Position numbers and translations under genes: made by a program
In this document: one piece after another, positions 1 to 12,829 of the stretch
Numbering within the stretch: position 1 is the stretch's first letter
How the letters are laid out: each line of letters opens with the position of its first letter
From: Felis catus
Taxonomy: Eukaryota
Length of the DNA stretch: 64,000 bases
Assembly: GCF_018350175.1 (NCBI RefSeq)
Contig: NC_058368.1
Location: 223,512,001-223,576,000 of the forward strand
Direction: 5' to 3'
Notes under the pieces: model-generated
Seen by the model: the letters and a program-made list of their open reading frames with translations, nothing else
What the model was told of the DNA's origin: nothing
Database searches by the model: none

Positions 1-170
1 GTCACATTCAGCTCCTGTCACTATCTCATGGTTTGTGGGTTCAAGCCGTGCATCAGGCTTTCTGCAGTCAGAGCCCAGCCTGCTTTGAATCCTCTGTCCC
101 CGTCTCTCTCTGCCCCTTCCCTGCTCACACACTCTCTCTAAAAAGGGAATAAACATTTATTTAAAAAAAA
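1..170 (+). mobile_element. Can-SINE, cut by the window edge
   Basis: ggttcaagcc B-box-like segment, CT-rich tract, aataaa and A tail. Confidence 0.85.
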
Positions 171-394
171 TACTTCATTGCTAGAAAATGCTAGTCATCT
201 TCCAAGCTTTTAAGGAGTTACCATCTTTTTGTTGGTGGAAGGTCTTGACTGGGAGTTGATGAGTGCTGGCTGACCATGGTGATAGTTGCTAAAAGTTTGG
301 GTGGTTGTGGCAATTTCTTAAAATGAAATAAGTTATCTTCATATAGCCTACTGCTTACATTTTGAAATGACAGTCTCATTAGATAACATGTATT

Positions 395-640
395 AAGTAG
401 TTATCACATGCAAGCACTGTTTTAGGTATTTCCTATGCTTCACCTCATTTTATCCTATCAACGGTACGATGAACCGGGTACTGCTATTATCTGATTTTAC
501 ATAGCAGATAATTAAATTCAGAGAGATCAAGTAACTTATTTTTTCAAAGAGATTAATAATTTAACCAAGTTCACAACTTCAGTAAAAGACCTAATGCAAA
601 CTTGGGCATTCTCATTTTAGAAGACTGAGTCTTAGCTGGT
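395..640 (-). mobile_element. MIR fragment
   Basis: Diverged reverse-complement MIR core (cctcattttatcct...attttacatagcagat...agatcaagtaactt). Confidence 0.6.
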
Positions 641-890
641 ATGCGAAGAAGCCAGCCTGAAATTATCTCCAGTGTATGAGTGACTTCTGTTTGGGGCTGC
701 ACACTATTAATCCAAAAGCTGTTGAAATTCCTTGCCGGGATCAGAAGTTGAGAGCTGGTTTGCAAGAACATGGCATTACTATTTCAGAGGTACAGCAGCA
801 GCGAACATGCTACTGGGACCAGACACACTGGAACAGAGGGAAAAAAAATATCATAGTAGGAAAAATCCTGTTATTGTTTTTCCTGTGTAG

Positions 891-978
891 TTTTTTTGTT
901 TTGTTTTTTGTTTTTTGTTTGTTTTTGTTTTTTGTTTTTTGTTTTTTGTTTTTTGTTTTTTGTTTTGTTTTGTTTTTG
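891..978. repeat. (T)nG simple repeat
   Basis: ttttttg-type units are visible directly. Confidence 0.9.
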
Positions 979-1857
979 GTTTATTTAATTTATCTATTTA
1001 CTTTTGAAACATCCATATGTAGAAAAAAACAGCATTTCATCATCTGGATTTTTCCAACTTCTGTGGGATAATTTTAGCCTAACGTCTTCCTAGTTGTGAC
1101 CCACAATGTCAGAGAAGAACCTTGAACTCTTCTTCAAGGGAAGAAAGAACTGCAGTTCTAATGAGTTATCTGCTTTCTGTTTATTGTTGTTTTGCTAGCG
1201 CTAGGCTTCTGGACACAGGTGATTCAGAATGATTTAGCAACACAGCACAAAACACTGGTCTTGAACATATTGCTTTCATCTGTCTTCTAGCACCTACCCG
1301 TTAGAGTTCGTTGGTGAAGTAAAACTAAGACGCTGTTTATGTGTTTCCTGTGGCAAATGCCAGAGGATTAGGAAAAATATGCACTTTATCCCTAAGAATT
1401 TGCCTCTCATTTGGTTTTCAAACTGCATTAAAGATTAATCCCTAAAAGCTTATGTTGCTCGGATGATGCTTTTACCATGTTGAGTAGATTTTCCCCTATG
1501 AGAACATTTCTTTGGTCAATTCAGTTAGATCCTAATTGAGTGGTTTCCTCAAGTTGCCCTCTTTTCCAAAAGCCACAGCCAGTAATCACTTGTTCAAAAT
1601 AAAATTGGGACCTAAATCAAGAAACTATGTATAACTTGGTCAATTATCTCTTATCAGTCACGTTAGAAAGGAAGACAATGCTTGAACGTACACAGTTCAT
1701 GCAAAATATCCAGTAATTACTTAAATGTGCTCAAAAAATGCAGGTCCCAACTTACTGTAATATTGACAGGACAGAGAACAGAGAGGAATTTCTTCCTATA
1801 AAACAGGCAAAAGAAGAACAAATTAACAAATGACCCAGATGACTTGCATAATGGAAG

Positions 1858-2904
1858 TTTTTTTTAAATTTTTTATTATTTTTAATTTTTTTTTTTAAAG
1901 AGAGAGAGACAGAGCACAAGCAGGGGAGGGACAGTGAGAGAAGTGTCGTAGACTCTCTAAAGTCCTAAGTGTCTAAAGTTCTCTCTTGTCTAGCAAGAGA
2001 GCGGAACGCGGGATGAAAAGCAAGAGATGTCTTAATGTCCAGGGAAAAGACAAGAGCCCCGAGTAAGGGTCCTTGCCCCGTCTTTATTGGGATCAGAAGG
2101 TTTACAAATATGGTGATGGATGTGCACAAAGACACAATGAATCTGTGAACATTAACTTGTGGACATGAGGGAAAGGGGGTCTTGATGATATTCGGCGTTA
2201 GGGATTTAGGTTAATACAAAACAAAATCCGAGAGCCGGGCAGTCGGGCAGAAGGTTGTTTAGAGAGGACATGCGACAGCACCTCTGTTTTCTTAGCTAGC
2301 CTAGGGGATGAGACAGATAGGGGAAATAACCTCAGAGTTAACAAGGCACATTTTCTTTTGTTAATCATCTCTACTCTGGGCTGCTTCACCTGCAGTGCAG
2401 TGGTCTATAGCCCAATTCACCTATTTACCTAACTTGGTCCTTTCCTCCTGTGAAAACAGGTTTTGCTACAGTACTAAATTGGGGGACAATTCTGCCCTGA
2501 ATATCTAATCTTGTTTATTTCATATACCTATGTACTGGGCACAAAAATATACCTTACTTTTGGGCCTTTGCCTCTCCCTCTCTATTCTGGGGGTTCTGTA
2601 CCTCTTCTCTATTCTGGGGTGCCTTTGCACCTCCGTATTCTTGGTTGCCTTGTCTTGTTTACCCAAACTCAGGTGTGAACATCCTATGGCTTTTTATTTC
2701 CTTATGCATTGTTAACCCATTGGTGTAAGCCTGGGAGATTTCTAAGCTTATCCCCCGCAGAGAAGGAGACCCAAAATCCGAAGCAGTGTCCAGTCTCTGA
2801 GCTGTCAGCACAGAGTCCAATGAGGGACTCAAACTCACGAATCGTGAGATCATGACCTGAGTCAAAGTTGGACACTTCACCAACTGAGCCACCCAGGCTC
2901 CCCA
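1858..2904 (-). mobile_element. Can-SINE split by an LTR insertion (parts at about 1858-1943 and 2760-2904)
   Basis: The SINE reads continuously (...acagtgagagaag|gagacccaaaatccgaagcag...ccacccaggctcccc) once the insert and one TSD copy are removed. Confidence 0.9.
1944..2759 (-). mobile_element. Solo LTR, ERVK/betaretrovirus-like, 816 bp
   Basis: TG...CA termini and perfect 6-bp TSD GAGAAG (1938-1943 and 2760-2765). Minus-strand AATAAA at 2083-2088. The minus strand starts TGCGGGGG. Confidence 0.85.
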
Positions 2905-4725
2905 AAGGTTTTGCTTTGTTCTGTTTTGTTTTGTTAATGATATTACAAAGGGTAAGGTACAGGGTTTTATGAAAAATAAAAGTGCAGATTCAGAATTGGC
3001 AGGTCTGGGTTTGCATTTCCAGCAAGTGCTGGAGTCTGATGCTGTCACTCACTCCAAGCACCACACTTTGACTATAAAATGTCTAAGAATTTTGCAAAAA
3101 GCTATGGTGCCTGGTATGATGCAGGCCACGTTAATGATCATCTTGTCATGTATTAAGTTATTATTTCATTTAACAGGGATGTACTGACAACTTGTTACTT
3201 GTCAAGCATCCACTAATGTGTTTGGTGCATGCATGCAAACAAAACAGATCCTTATCCATGACCACCTGGCTTGCATTCTAGTTGTTGGGGGTGGTGAAGG
3301 GAAGACAGAAAACAAACAATAAAAGCATAATAAAAATAACATTACACATACATCTTGCTAGAAGGTGGTGACTGTGATGGAATAAGAAAAGCAATTAGAG
3401 CAAGACATAAGGATCAGGAGTGTGGAGTCAAGGACAAAACAAAGTTCAGTATTAAGTAAAGGCTCAGGGTTATTATCGGCATTTATAGTATTCCCACTTT
3501 AGCAGGAATAAAAATAATCTCTCCGGAAAAAAGCAAAAACAAAAACAACAAACAAACAACAACAACAACAAAAACCCTACCTACAATTTGCAGATTTCCA
3601 AAAGCTCTAGTTTAATTTTCCCCAGAGGAGCAAAACTCCATTAAGAAAAGAGGCACAGATGGTTTTGATTCAGTCTTTTTCTTTCAGTTTTGCTTGAGAG
3701 AAGATGGTATTTATTCTGTCATTTCTGGCTGAAAGAGAAGAATTGCAATGCTTATAGAAGGTAAATCCATAGTTATGTAAAAAAGGTAAAAACAAACAAA
3801 CAAACAAAAAACTTCATGCTTGCAAATTGCCAATAGGAGTAGAGATTCATCAAAGAATACACATCATCATGATTTTTGCATTTTATTCTTCTTGTTCTTC
3901 TTTTAGCGACTGTGGTAATTCCACAAGTTTATGTAAGTCATTTTGTCTCTACAAATGAAAATAGCTTGAATTTAATGTGTATTGATAACACATTTTGGAG
4001 ATTAGAGATAGGAGTGTATGTGAAAATTGCTAATCAAAATTTTTACAGGTAAATAATTAAAATTTAAATTACCAACACATTTCTTTATACTCTCAAGGTA
4101 CATTATGTTGACTGAACATTTACAAAACATAAAAAATAAAGTAAAACACTTTCAGCAAAACAAATAAAAAAGTATCATTTTTGGTTGGAAAAATGTTTGC
4201 ACATGGTTTTTGAACCGTTAAAAGAGTGATTAATGTTTATTAATTAAGCTCCAGACCTAGTTGTAAAATCTGCAGCTTATAATCCTTTTTTGTAGTGTTT
4301 ATTGCCCTAAGCGAATCAGACTATATAAAAATCAGGGGAGGGCTTTTTAACTTGGTAATTGAAAATCATCGATTGAGCCAGGTCTATTTCAGCAAATAGT
4401 GGTTTTATGGGTAATTTTTCACAATTCATTGGCACTTTAGTAAGAGAAAAATTCCTCTTTACTTTGAGGAAATTTTCCCTTGCTGCCATCACCTGTAATA
4501 AATATACATTTTGACTAAAAATTAATGGGAATGTCTATTTTTCCTCTGCCAAAACACATAAAAATGATTGTAACTCTTCAAGGCAATTACTTTGGAGAAT
4601 TATATTCTGTAAAACCATGTTAAGGTTTTTAAACATATCTTTGAAGGCCTCTTTCAAAATCAAACTCAGAGATAATTTGTAATACAAAACAAAAAGGTAA
4701 AATAATTCAAAAGATGGGTAGATTG

Positions 4726-4727
<2 letters not shown>

Positions 4728-4766
<39 letters not shown>

Positions 4767-4798
4767 GCCTGCTTCATAAGAATTTATGCTCTTTCCCT

Positions 4799-4841
<43 letters not shown>

Positions 4842-4843
4842 TT
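4728..4843. repeat. (CA)n and (TTTA)n microsatellites
   Basis: (CA)n at about 4728-4763 and (TTTA)n at about 4798-4843. Confidence 0.9.
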
Positions 4844-4878
4844 GGCTCAAACACATCATAATCATCTACCTAGATCTC

Positions 4879-5107
4879 TGTGGCACCTAGGCAGCTCAGT
4901 CGGTTGAGCATCCAACTTTGGCCAGGTGGTGATCTCACGGTTCGTGAGTTTGAGCCCCATGTTGGGCTCTGTGCTGACAGCTCAGAGCCTGAAGCCTGCT
5001 TTGGATTCTGTGTCTCCCTCTCTCTCTGCCACCTCCCCCCCTCCTTGCACTCCATCTCTGTCTTTCAAAAATAAATAAACTTTAAAAAAATTTAAAAATG
5101 ATAAAAA
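4879..5107 (+). mobile_element. Can-SINE (felid type)
   Basis: Full body. TSD ataatcatctaccta(g/a)atc at 4858-4876 and 5108-5126. Confidence 0.92.
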
Positions 5108-5277
5108 ATAATCATCTACCTAAATCACTTATACATTAGATTTAACCTCCAGTTGCCACATATATTTCCAACCATCAAATGCAACATCCAATAATAAAGG
5201 ACTATATTATCAAGAGTTTGACAAACACTCATCTCTAGTTTCTTGTGGTCTTCCAGGAGTGGTTCCTCAAAGAGAAA

Positions 5278-5320
<43 letters not shown>
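5278..5320. repeat. (AAT)n microsatellite
   Basis: About 14 perfect AAT units. Confidence 0.95.
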
Positions 5321-5324
<4 letters not shown>

Positions 5325-5494
5325 GCACAAGAGCAACCTCTTTGACATGAAAATTAAACCTGGAAGACAATTTCTAGAGTTCCCACATGCATTGGCATAT
5401 GTAAATTTTATTTTTACATAATCTAAGAAGAATCACCTAAAGACTAAACATCAACATAGAGATCTTATATTCATATGTCAAAACAGTTGCCTAT

Positions 5495-5756
5495 GGGGTA
5501 TCTGGGAGACTCAGTTGATTAAACATGTGATTCCAGCTCTGGTCATGATCTCAGGGTTTATGAGTTCCAGCCCCATGTTGGACTCTGTTCTGACAGCTCA
5601 GAACCTGGAGCCTGCTTTGGATTCTGTATCTCCCTTCCTCTCTGTCCCTGCCTAGCTCCCCAGCTCACGTTGTCTCTCTCTCTCCCTCCCTCCCTCCCTC
5701 CCTCCCTCTCTCTCTCTCTCTCTCTCAAAAATAATAAGTAAATATTGAAAAAAAAA
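5495..5756 (+). mobile_element. Can-SINE
   Basis: Full body. Flanking repeat cagttg(c/a)ctat. Confidence 0.9.
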
Positions 5757-6119
5757 GCAGTTGACTATAGTAAAATATAAAATACTCTGGTAGGCATTTC
5801 TGGTTACATAGGCCTAGATGAGTTAGGCCATAGATGATTTATTTGATATTTTGTGCCTTTGTCATCATCAACAAACTGGGAGTAATGCATAAATATCATA
5901 ATCTCTCACCTCATAGGTCCATTTTCAGTTAAAAATTACATCATGTTACAAAGCTTGGTAAACTTCAAAATACTAAAAAATTTGTGAGAGCAATGTTCAT
6001 CCAAGCATCTTCTCTGAGAGAATATTTCCCATAAACTTATTATATTATCTGGTCGTCCTGACACATGTAGTATAATAAAAACAGGACAATACTAATTTTT
6101 GTCTGTGATTTCACTTATG

Positions 6120-6345
6120 CTTTTCTAGGCAGCTTTCTAAGTGCTTCGCACATGCTCTTTTATTTAATCATTACAACAGCCGTCTCTCAAGATAAACAGT
6201 CATAACCCACATTTTCTAAAGGAGAAACTGAGTCATGGAGAATGAATTTCCTTAAAGTCACATGGTTAATCAGTGAGAATAGGATTTGGACTCTATGTAG
6301 TCTGTCTTCGGAGCCCATGCTTTTAATCAATACATTGTTTTCAGC
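6120..6345 (-). mobile_element. MIR
   Basis: tttaatcattacaacagcc...ggagaaactgagtc...aaagtcacatgg...ggagcccatgcttttaatca is the reverse complement of the MIR consensus. Confidence 0.8.
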
Positions 6346-8029
6346 ACTGCCTCGATGTCTAGTGTGGAAAAGGAGAAAAAAAGAAAAAAGAAAAAAACAC
6401 ATCATCTTGCTCTACGAGGTAATGCTATGGTTATGTATCACAATATAGTTCTTTATAAGCTTTTTCTTTCACACAGTATAAATAGTTCTGCAGAAATAGC
6501 GTTAATATGATATTAGATGAGAGAAATCCTTTCCTTTATCTTAAATTCCTACGTGCCATTACAAGAATACCTCAGGGAAAAAGAGCTTGGCTTGAATGTG
6601 ACCAACATTTCCAAGGTACAAGTAGGAAGTTAATCGAACAGTATAATTATATCCAGGGTCTTCCCCGTCATTTCAGTGAGAGCCTACATGTTTCAGCAGC
6701 CAGAAAATAATTTAAATATTAATTAGGAGCTATCCAACCCTTCCACATCTCATTCTCTAAATCCATTTTTAAAACAGTGTTTGAAGTAATCCAGATTGAA
6801 CTCATGTTATCTAATGTTAAAAAAAAAAAGTCATGCTAGTTAATCTGTGTACGTACCTGCTTTGGGACTGTGCTCTGTATCCCTATTTGTTCTAAGTATT
6901 TAGCAAGTGATAATGCAATCAATGCTCCCTGAATTGATTGCTTCATTGAAGGCATTAACTGAATGATTTCGGTGATTTGTAATTTGTTAGAATTTGGTTG
7001 TATTAACATGCAAAATGCAATCGGAGGAAATAGGCCGCATTTAATATCTGTTGACAGAGATTTAGCTGATATCTTTGCTTCATTATTAATTCTGTTTGTC
7101 AGAACTGTAATGTAAAATCTGAGAGCAATATATAATCTACTATAGGGTAAAGACACATCACAGAGACCAGAACATATAAGAATTTTATATTTTCTTTAGG
7201 ACAAGGAGCTAGGTATGCACACTGGAGACCAATTAATACAGTATAAATGAATACACTGCATTGACCACTACTTGGGACATCAGTGTGTTCTCTACCTCGA
7301 GGCTTCCAGCAATCAGAGCAATCATTGCGGGCTGCTGTGAATCAGACAGCAGTCATTTGGAGAACATGCACGAAGGCATGGGGGCGACGCTTCCATGGAA
7401 GGCACACACCTAAGACACAGGGAGGGTGGGACACATAAAGTTCTTCTTCTTCACCTAAGTGATGGTGACCAAATTCAAAAGAAAAGATGGGAAATAGATT
7501 TTTTAAGTGTTCCATAAACCTATATTTTGGTAAGCAAGGACCAAAGTAAGTCAGGAAGGTGACAAGTGAAATGGCTGCAAAAATTATCTTTAACATTATA
7601 TTCAGCACATGGATGGTATCCATGATTATGTATATACACACGTACCTGGAGATAAGTGACTCATGACCGTGTATAATAAAGGCCTGCCGATATAGTTCAG
7701 ATTAAAGGAAAAAGTCTTTAAAGGAAAGAACCCTGGGTTTGGAAGTAGCATAAAAGCTTTACATTCACCAAAAAGAAAATCAGAAAGAATGATGGGGAAA
7801 TAAGTGGACTTTTGGATAATAACCTGTAGAAAACATGGTTAAAAGATACATTTGTAACAGGAATTGCAAATATAAAAAATGCAAACCTCTGGAACTATGG
7901 ATTGAGATGCTGCCAGTGCTGGGGAGATGGAAACAAATAGCTCAGGGTTCTAAATTCTCTGGGGGGAAAATGCAAAATCAGAGAACACTTCTTGAACTGT
8001 GAAGTTTCTGACTTGCATATTTGCTTTGG

Positions 8030-8062
<33 letters not shown>

Positions 8063-8470
8063 TATGCCCATTTTTTGTAACAAAACTGAAAAACAGAAAT
8101 GCCTTTTCTTTTAAAAAAAGGCAGATGATAACTATATTGAGAATATGCTATGTAATATGCATTATTCTAAATGTTTTCATGAATTAACTAATATAATTTC
8201 AAATTAATCAAATAAAATATTTAGTATTGTTTCCATGTTACGGCTGAGGAAAGCTAGGCAAGGGAATGGTGGAACCAAGGTTTGAACGTAGGCAATTGAT
8301 TTTAGACCCTAGACCATCAACCACACTATATTACCAAAGTTAAGTATGTCATTTTTACAAATATAGTTAAGGGAAAAGCCTAATGACAATTGGCGATCAA
8401 AAAGTGGAGCCTAAAATAGAAAAAAAAAAACAGTAAATTTTTCAAAATATTAAATGGAATAAGAAATGTT

Positions 8471-8972
8471 ATTTTTATTGAGGCATGATTGACATTATTT
8501 TTAGATGTACAACGTAATAATCCAACAGTACACATGTTGTGAAATGATGACTTATTGTCATAAGTCTAGTTGACATCTGTCACCTTACATCGTTATTTTT
8601 TTTTCTTGTGATGAGAACTTTTAAGATCTACCCTTAGCAACTTTCAAATATTCAACACAGTATTACTAACTATAGTCACCATGCTGTACATTGCACCTCC
8701 GTGACTTATTTATTTTATAAATAAGTTTTTACCTTTCAACCTCCTTCTCCCATTTTACCTACTCCCTGCATCTTGTCTCTAGAAACCAACAATCTGTTTT
8801 CTGTATCTGTGAGGTTTTTGTTTTTGTTTTTTGATTTTAGGTTCTATAAATATATGAGAACATTCAGTATTTGTCTTTCTCTAACTTAGGTCACTTAGCG
8901 TGGTGCTCTTAAGGTCCCCCCATGTGGCTGCAAATGGCAAGATTTCATGCTTTTCTTATGGCTGAATACAAG
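8471..8972 (-). mobile_element. L1 3' end fragment (L1MA-like)
   Basis: gtgatgagaacttttaagatctac...actatagtcaccatgctgtacat...caaatggcaagatttcat, typical of an L1 3' UTR. Confidence 0.8.
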
Positions 8973-9050
8973 ATATTTTTCAAATAGTTCATTACAAATG
9001 TAAATTTTAATGACAGTAACAACATGTGGCACTATCTCTGAGTGATTTTA

Positions 9051-9081
9051 TGTTTTTATTTATTTTTTAAATGTTTATCTT

Positions 9082-9117
<36 letters not shown>

Positions 9118-9292
9118 CAAGCCAGTGAGCAGGGGTCTGGGAGGGGCAGCAGAGAGGGAGACATGGAACTCAGCGTGAGCTGCAGTCTCCCCACTGTCAG
9201 CACAGAGGCTGATGCTGGGCTTTAACTCACAAACTGTGAGCTCATGACCTGAGCCAAAGTCAGACACTTAACCTACTGAGCCACCCAGGCAT
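9051..9292 (-). mobile_element. Can-SINE
   Basis: 16-bp TSD tctctgagtgatttta at 9035-9050 and 9296-9311. Confidence 0.92.
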
Positions 9293-9559
9293 CATTCTCT
9301 GAGTGATTTTAAATATGTTATTGGATGATTGCTATCTGTATTTCTTCAATACTTCAAAAAAACAATATTATCTTGTCTTCATTTTTTATGAGTAAAGTGT
9401 AAGTTCCTTAGATACTTTATAAGTCCTTCAACAAAGCTCTGAATGTTGTTCTGGTATATTGTAAAGTGTCTTGACCCAGCCTATAATCTGAAAATAGCCT
9501 CAGAGTTTGAGAAATGACTGGTTGGTTCAGTGACCTTGCTAAAGTTCCCATAAAGGAGA

Positions 9560-9821
9560 TATTAAGAATTAATATTAAGATTTAATATATATATTAAATC
9601 TTATAATATAATATAATATAATATAATATAATATAATATAATATATATAATATATAATATATAATATATATTATATATAATAATATATAATAATATATAA
9701 TATATATAATATAATATTATATATATAATATATATTATAATATATATTAAATCTTATAATATTAAGATATTAAGATTTAATATATATATTAATATATATA
9801 TTAATTTAATATATTAAATCA
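9560..9821. repeat. Palindromic AT-rich low-complexity repeat
   Basis: Almost pure A/T. Perfect 28-bp palindrome at 9576-9603. Confidence 0.9.
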
Positions 9822-11539
9822 AGGCTTGAGTAAACAAATTTCTATTATAAATCAAAACAAACATTGACAATATATAATCATTTTGGACCTCAAGTAACAT
9901 AAAGAAGGAGTAAAATAAAAGAGTTATGCTCATGTGTATTACTCTGTTTCTTCTAAATTAACTGAGAATACCTGAAAATCCCAACTAGGTATACTGTCTC
10001 AATTATCTATACACATTAAGTATCTCAGGCTTACCTGTGCTCACATTTGGTGCTCTCTCTTTAGTTAATTCCTTTTAGAATTATTTCTGGAAGGGAAATC
10101 AAAGCAAGATGTGTAAACTCTTGCCTAGTGAGCTCATGCTGTAACTTTGATGAATGGTACTTGAATCAGTGGAAAGACATTTATAGGTTCTCTGGAACCC
10201 TAAGAGTGAACAGTATTAAAATAAGCAGCAAAAGGTGCTAAATCAACAAAAGTGATATGATTTCTGGGTTTGTTTTAATAGAAAAAGTCTCTGAATAACT
10301 AAATCAATGCCCCATTTAGTATTTCTTCCTCAGCCATCATTTGCCATGTTAATTGCCTCCCTAGTTCAATCCTTGTTCCATATCCTTTTCTGATTATATC
10401 TTGCTCTCTAATATAAATCACTCTTCAAATGTTAAATAATTCTGTACAGAGAATTCCCAAATATTTTCAGGGAACCAGATCTTTGTATTCAGTCTGGAGT
10501 ACATTACACTGATTAATGCGGTATTTTCTACTTTCTTCCTAGGCTGCCTTAGGTGCTTAGTTCTTTTTTTTCCCCCCACGTTGTCCCCCTACTAAGAATC
10601 AAAATGAAAAGCTGGTGAATGGCAAGTTATTGGTTGAAGAAAGATCTTGAGATGATAAATAGAAAGTGGCTACTCCAAACTGTAGGATCCTGGTCCACCT
10701 TACACCCTGGAAGCATTCTTAGCTGCAAAAACAAAACAAAACACATAAACATGCACAAGCCAAAAACCAAACAAACCAACCAACCAACCAAACAACAACA
10801 ATAAAACAATGGATTCCTCCTAATCGTGTATGCTATTTAATGGAATACAGAAAGCTACAATAGGGCAGAGTCTATATATAGTAATTCTAGTTGTCAGGTT
10901 TCATGTAGGTTATAGCTTGACAAAGGAAGAGCCATTTTGATAACTAATACATGAATGGCAGCAGTGGGATTGTAGATGGATTGTTTAAATCAGGAATTTT
11001 AAAAAATAATAAAAAAATAATCTACTCCCCTCCTTCTTAAATTAGCTTTTTTACCGTAATTTTTTTCTTCCACTTTTGGGACGTGTTGTCTACTTTTCTA
11101 AGAGTCTCTAAATGATCCCTATATTGTGCAAAAATCCTCCAAATATGGCTGAGGAAGATTCAGTGTAGTCCAGCTGTTTTCATACTTTTGTTTAAACCAG
11201 ACTCATATCTTGCTAACATAAAGGAGTAACTCTGCTAATTCTGTCCATCCAATAGTCATATTTATAGAAGAAACAGAACAATATTATATTCAGTTAAAAG
11301 TCTTTTATTGTTTTATATGCATTAAAATTAGATGCACTGATTTTTTATCTTACTTGCCTGTTTTTTCATAAAATATTTTATTTTCTGTCCTGATTATTAA
11401 AATTTTAGTATACAATGAAAGGAATGAAGACTCAATAGAGAGCAATTTAGGCCATCAATTGTATTAAGTGGCACTCTCTTCATTATGTTGGGCAAGAGTG
11501 AGTTTATATCTATTCATCTCTTTATAACTATCATTATTA

Positions 11540-12825
11540 TCCTGACTTGCCAACCCAGACCTTTCTACTGAATGCGTTCAACTACTCATCAGTCTTTTTC
11601 ACATAGATAGCTTTTAAGCACATAAAAGTCAATATAGCCATGAATTAACACTCTCTTCACTGATCTTTATATTCTACTTCTAATCTTGTAGAGAGATTTG
11701 TCACTGACCCCACTCCTTAAGCCAACTAATCAAGAGACATTTGAATCACTCCCCTTCCCTTCTACCCTACATCCAATCAGTTGTCTTGTCCTTAAAAATT
11801 TACTCCAAATTGTCTCACATATTCTTTTCTTCATTTCATACCTATGGTTAAGTTTAGATCTGACTGCCATGTTTCCCATTATGGTGTCCCTGATTTCCAT
11901 TCATTTCCTACACTGCTCAGATCACATCAGACTTGACTTAGCAACAGCATTTGTCACGTTGAATTAGTTTCTGTTCCTTGAAATACTTTTCTAGGATGTT
12001 ACATTCTCTTGGTTTCTTTTCTCAATGATTACTGGTTATGTTTTACTTCCATATTTTCTCCCAAACTCCCTGGCCTATTTGAATGTCTTCTGGACACTCA
12101 TTCCTTTGCTAATCTCATCATGTTTAATGGCTTCAAGTACTATCTTTATGCTGACCACATTTATAAGGCTAGTCTGGACTGTTCCTCTGAACACGAACAT
12201 TATGTGTGCCAAATGAACATCTCTGCCCCATGTCTTGGACCCATATCGCAGAGAAAGTCCAAAGTCAAATTCCTGAACTCCAATTACTCCCCACACAATG
12301 CTCTCACAGCTTTTTTTTATTTAGTCCAAAAATCTTGGGTTATACTCCATTACTGTTTTGCTTTCCTATAACAAATCTATCCATCAGCAAACCCTACCTT
12401 CAAGATATACCCCGTTTCTAACCATATCTCTTCACGTATATTTTAACTAACTTTATTGTAAATATCTCCTAACCTACCTCCTTAATTCCACCCTTCTTCC
12501 ACAGTCTTTTCCCAACACAGCAGCTAAAACAGTCACATTAAAATAGATCAGATCATGTCATGCTTTTGTTCAAAGCCTCCAGTGGCTTCCCATCTCATTT
12601 ATGGCCAGAGTTGAAGGACTTACAATAATGTGCCTGTCTGTAAGTAATCTGACCCATCATGACATTCTGATCTCATCTCTTCTTGTTCTTTTTGCTTTAG
12701 AGATGCTGGCTTTGCAAATTTCCCTCCAATCAGCTAGAGAGCGCCCACATTAAAGCATTTGTACATGTTACTCCTTTTGCCTGTAACTCTTTTCTGTCAC
12801 CTCTTTCAAGTCTATTTGTCCCTAG
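11540..12825 (+). mobile_element. L2 fragments
   Basis: Typical L2 phrases (tggcttcaagtactatctttatgctgacc, tcagatcatgtca...ctccagtggcttcccatctca). The L2 3' end resumes at about 13860-13990 (agaatgtaagcttcatgaaggcag). Confidence 0.7.
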
Positions 12826-12829
12826 CAGT

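Noticed and set aside
676..1071. 131-aa ORF with a hydrophobic F/V/C/L stretch resembling a membrane protein
   Set aside because: The stretch is the translation of a (T)nG simple repeat. The same applies to ORFs over (CA)n, (AAT)n, (GATA)n, (TA)n and (TTCC)n tracts.
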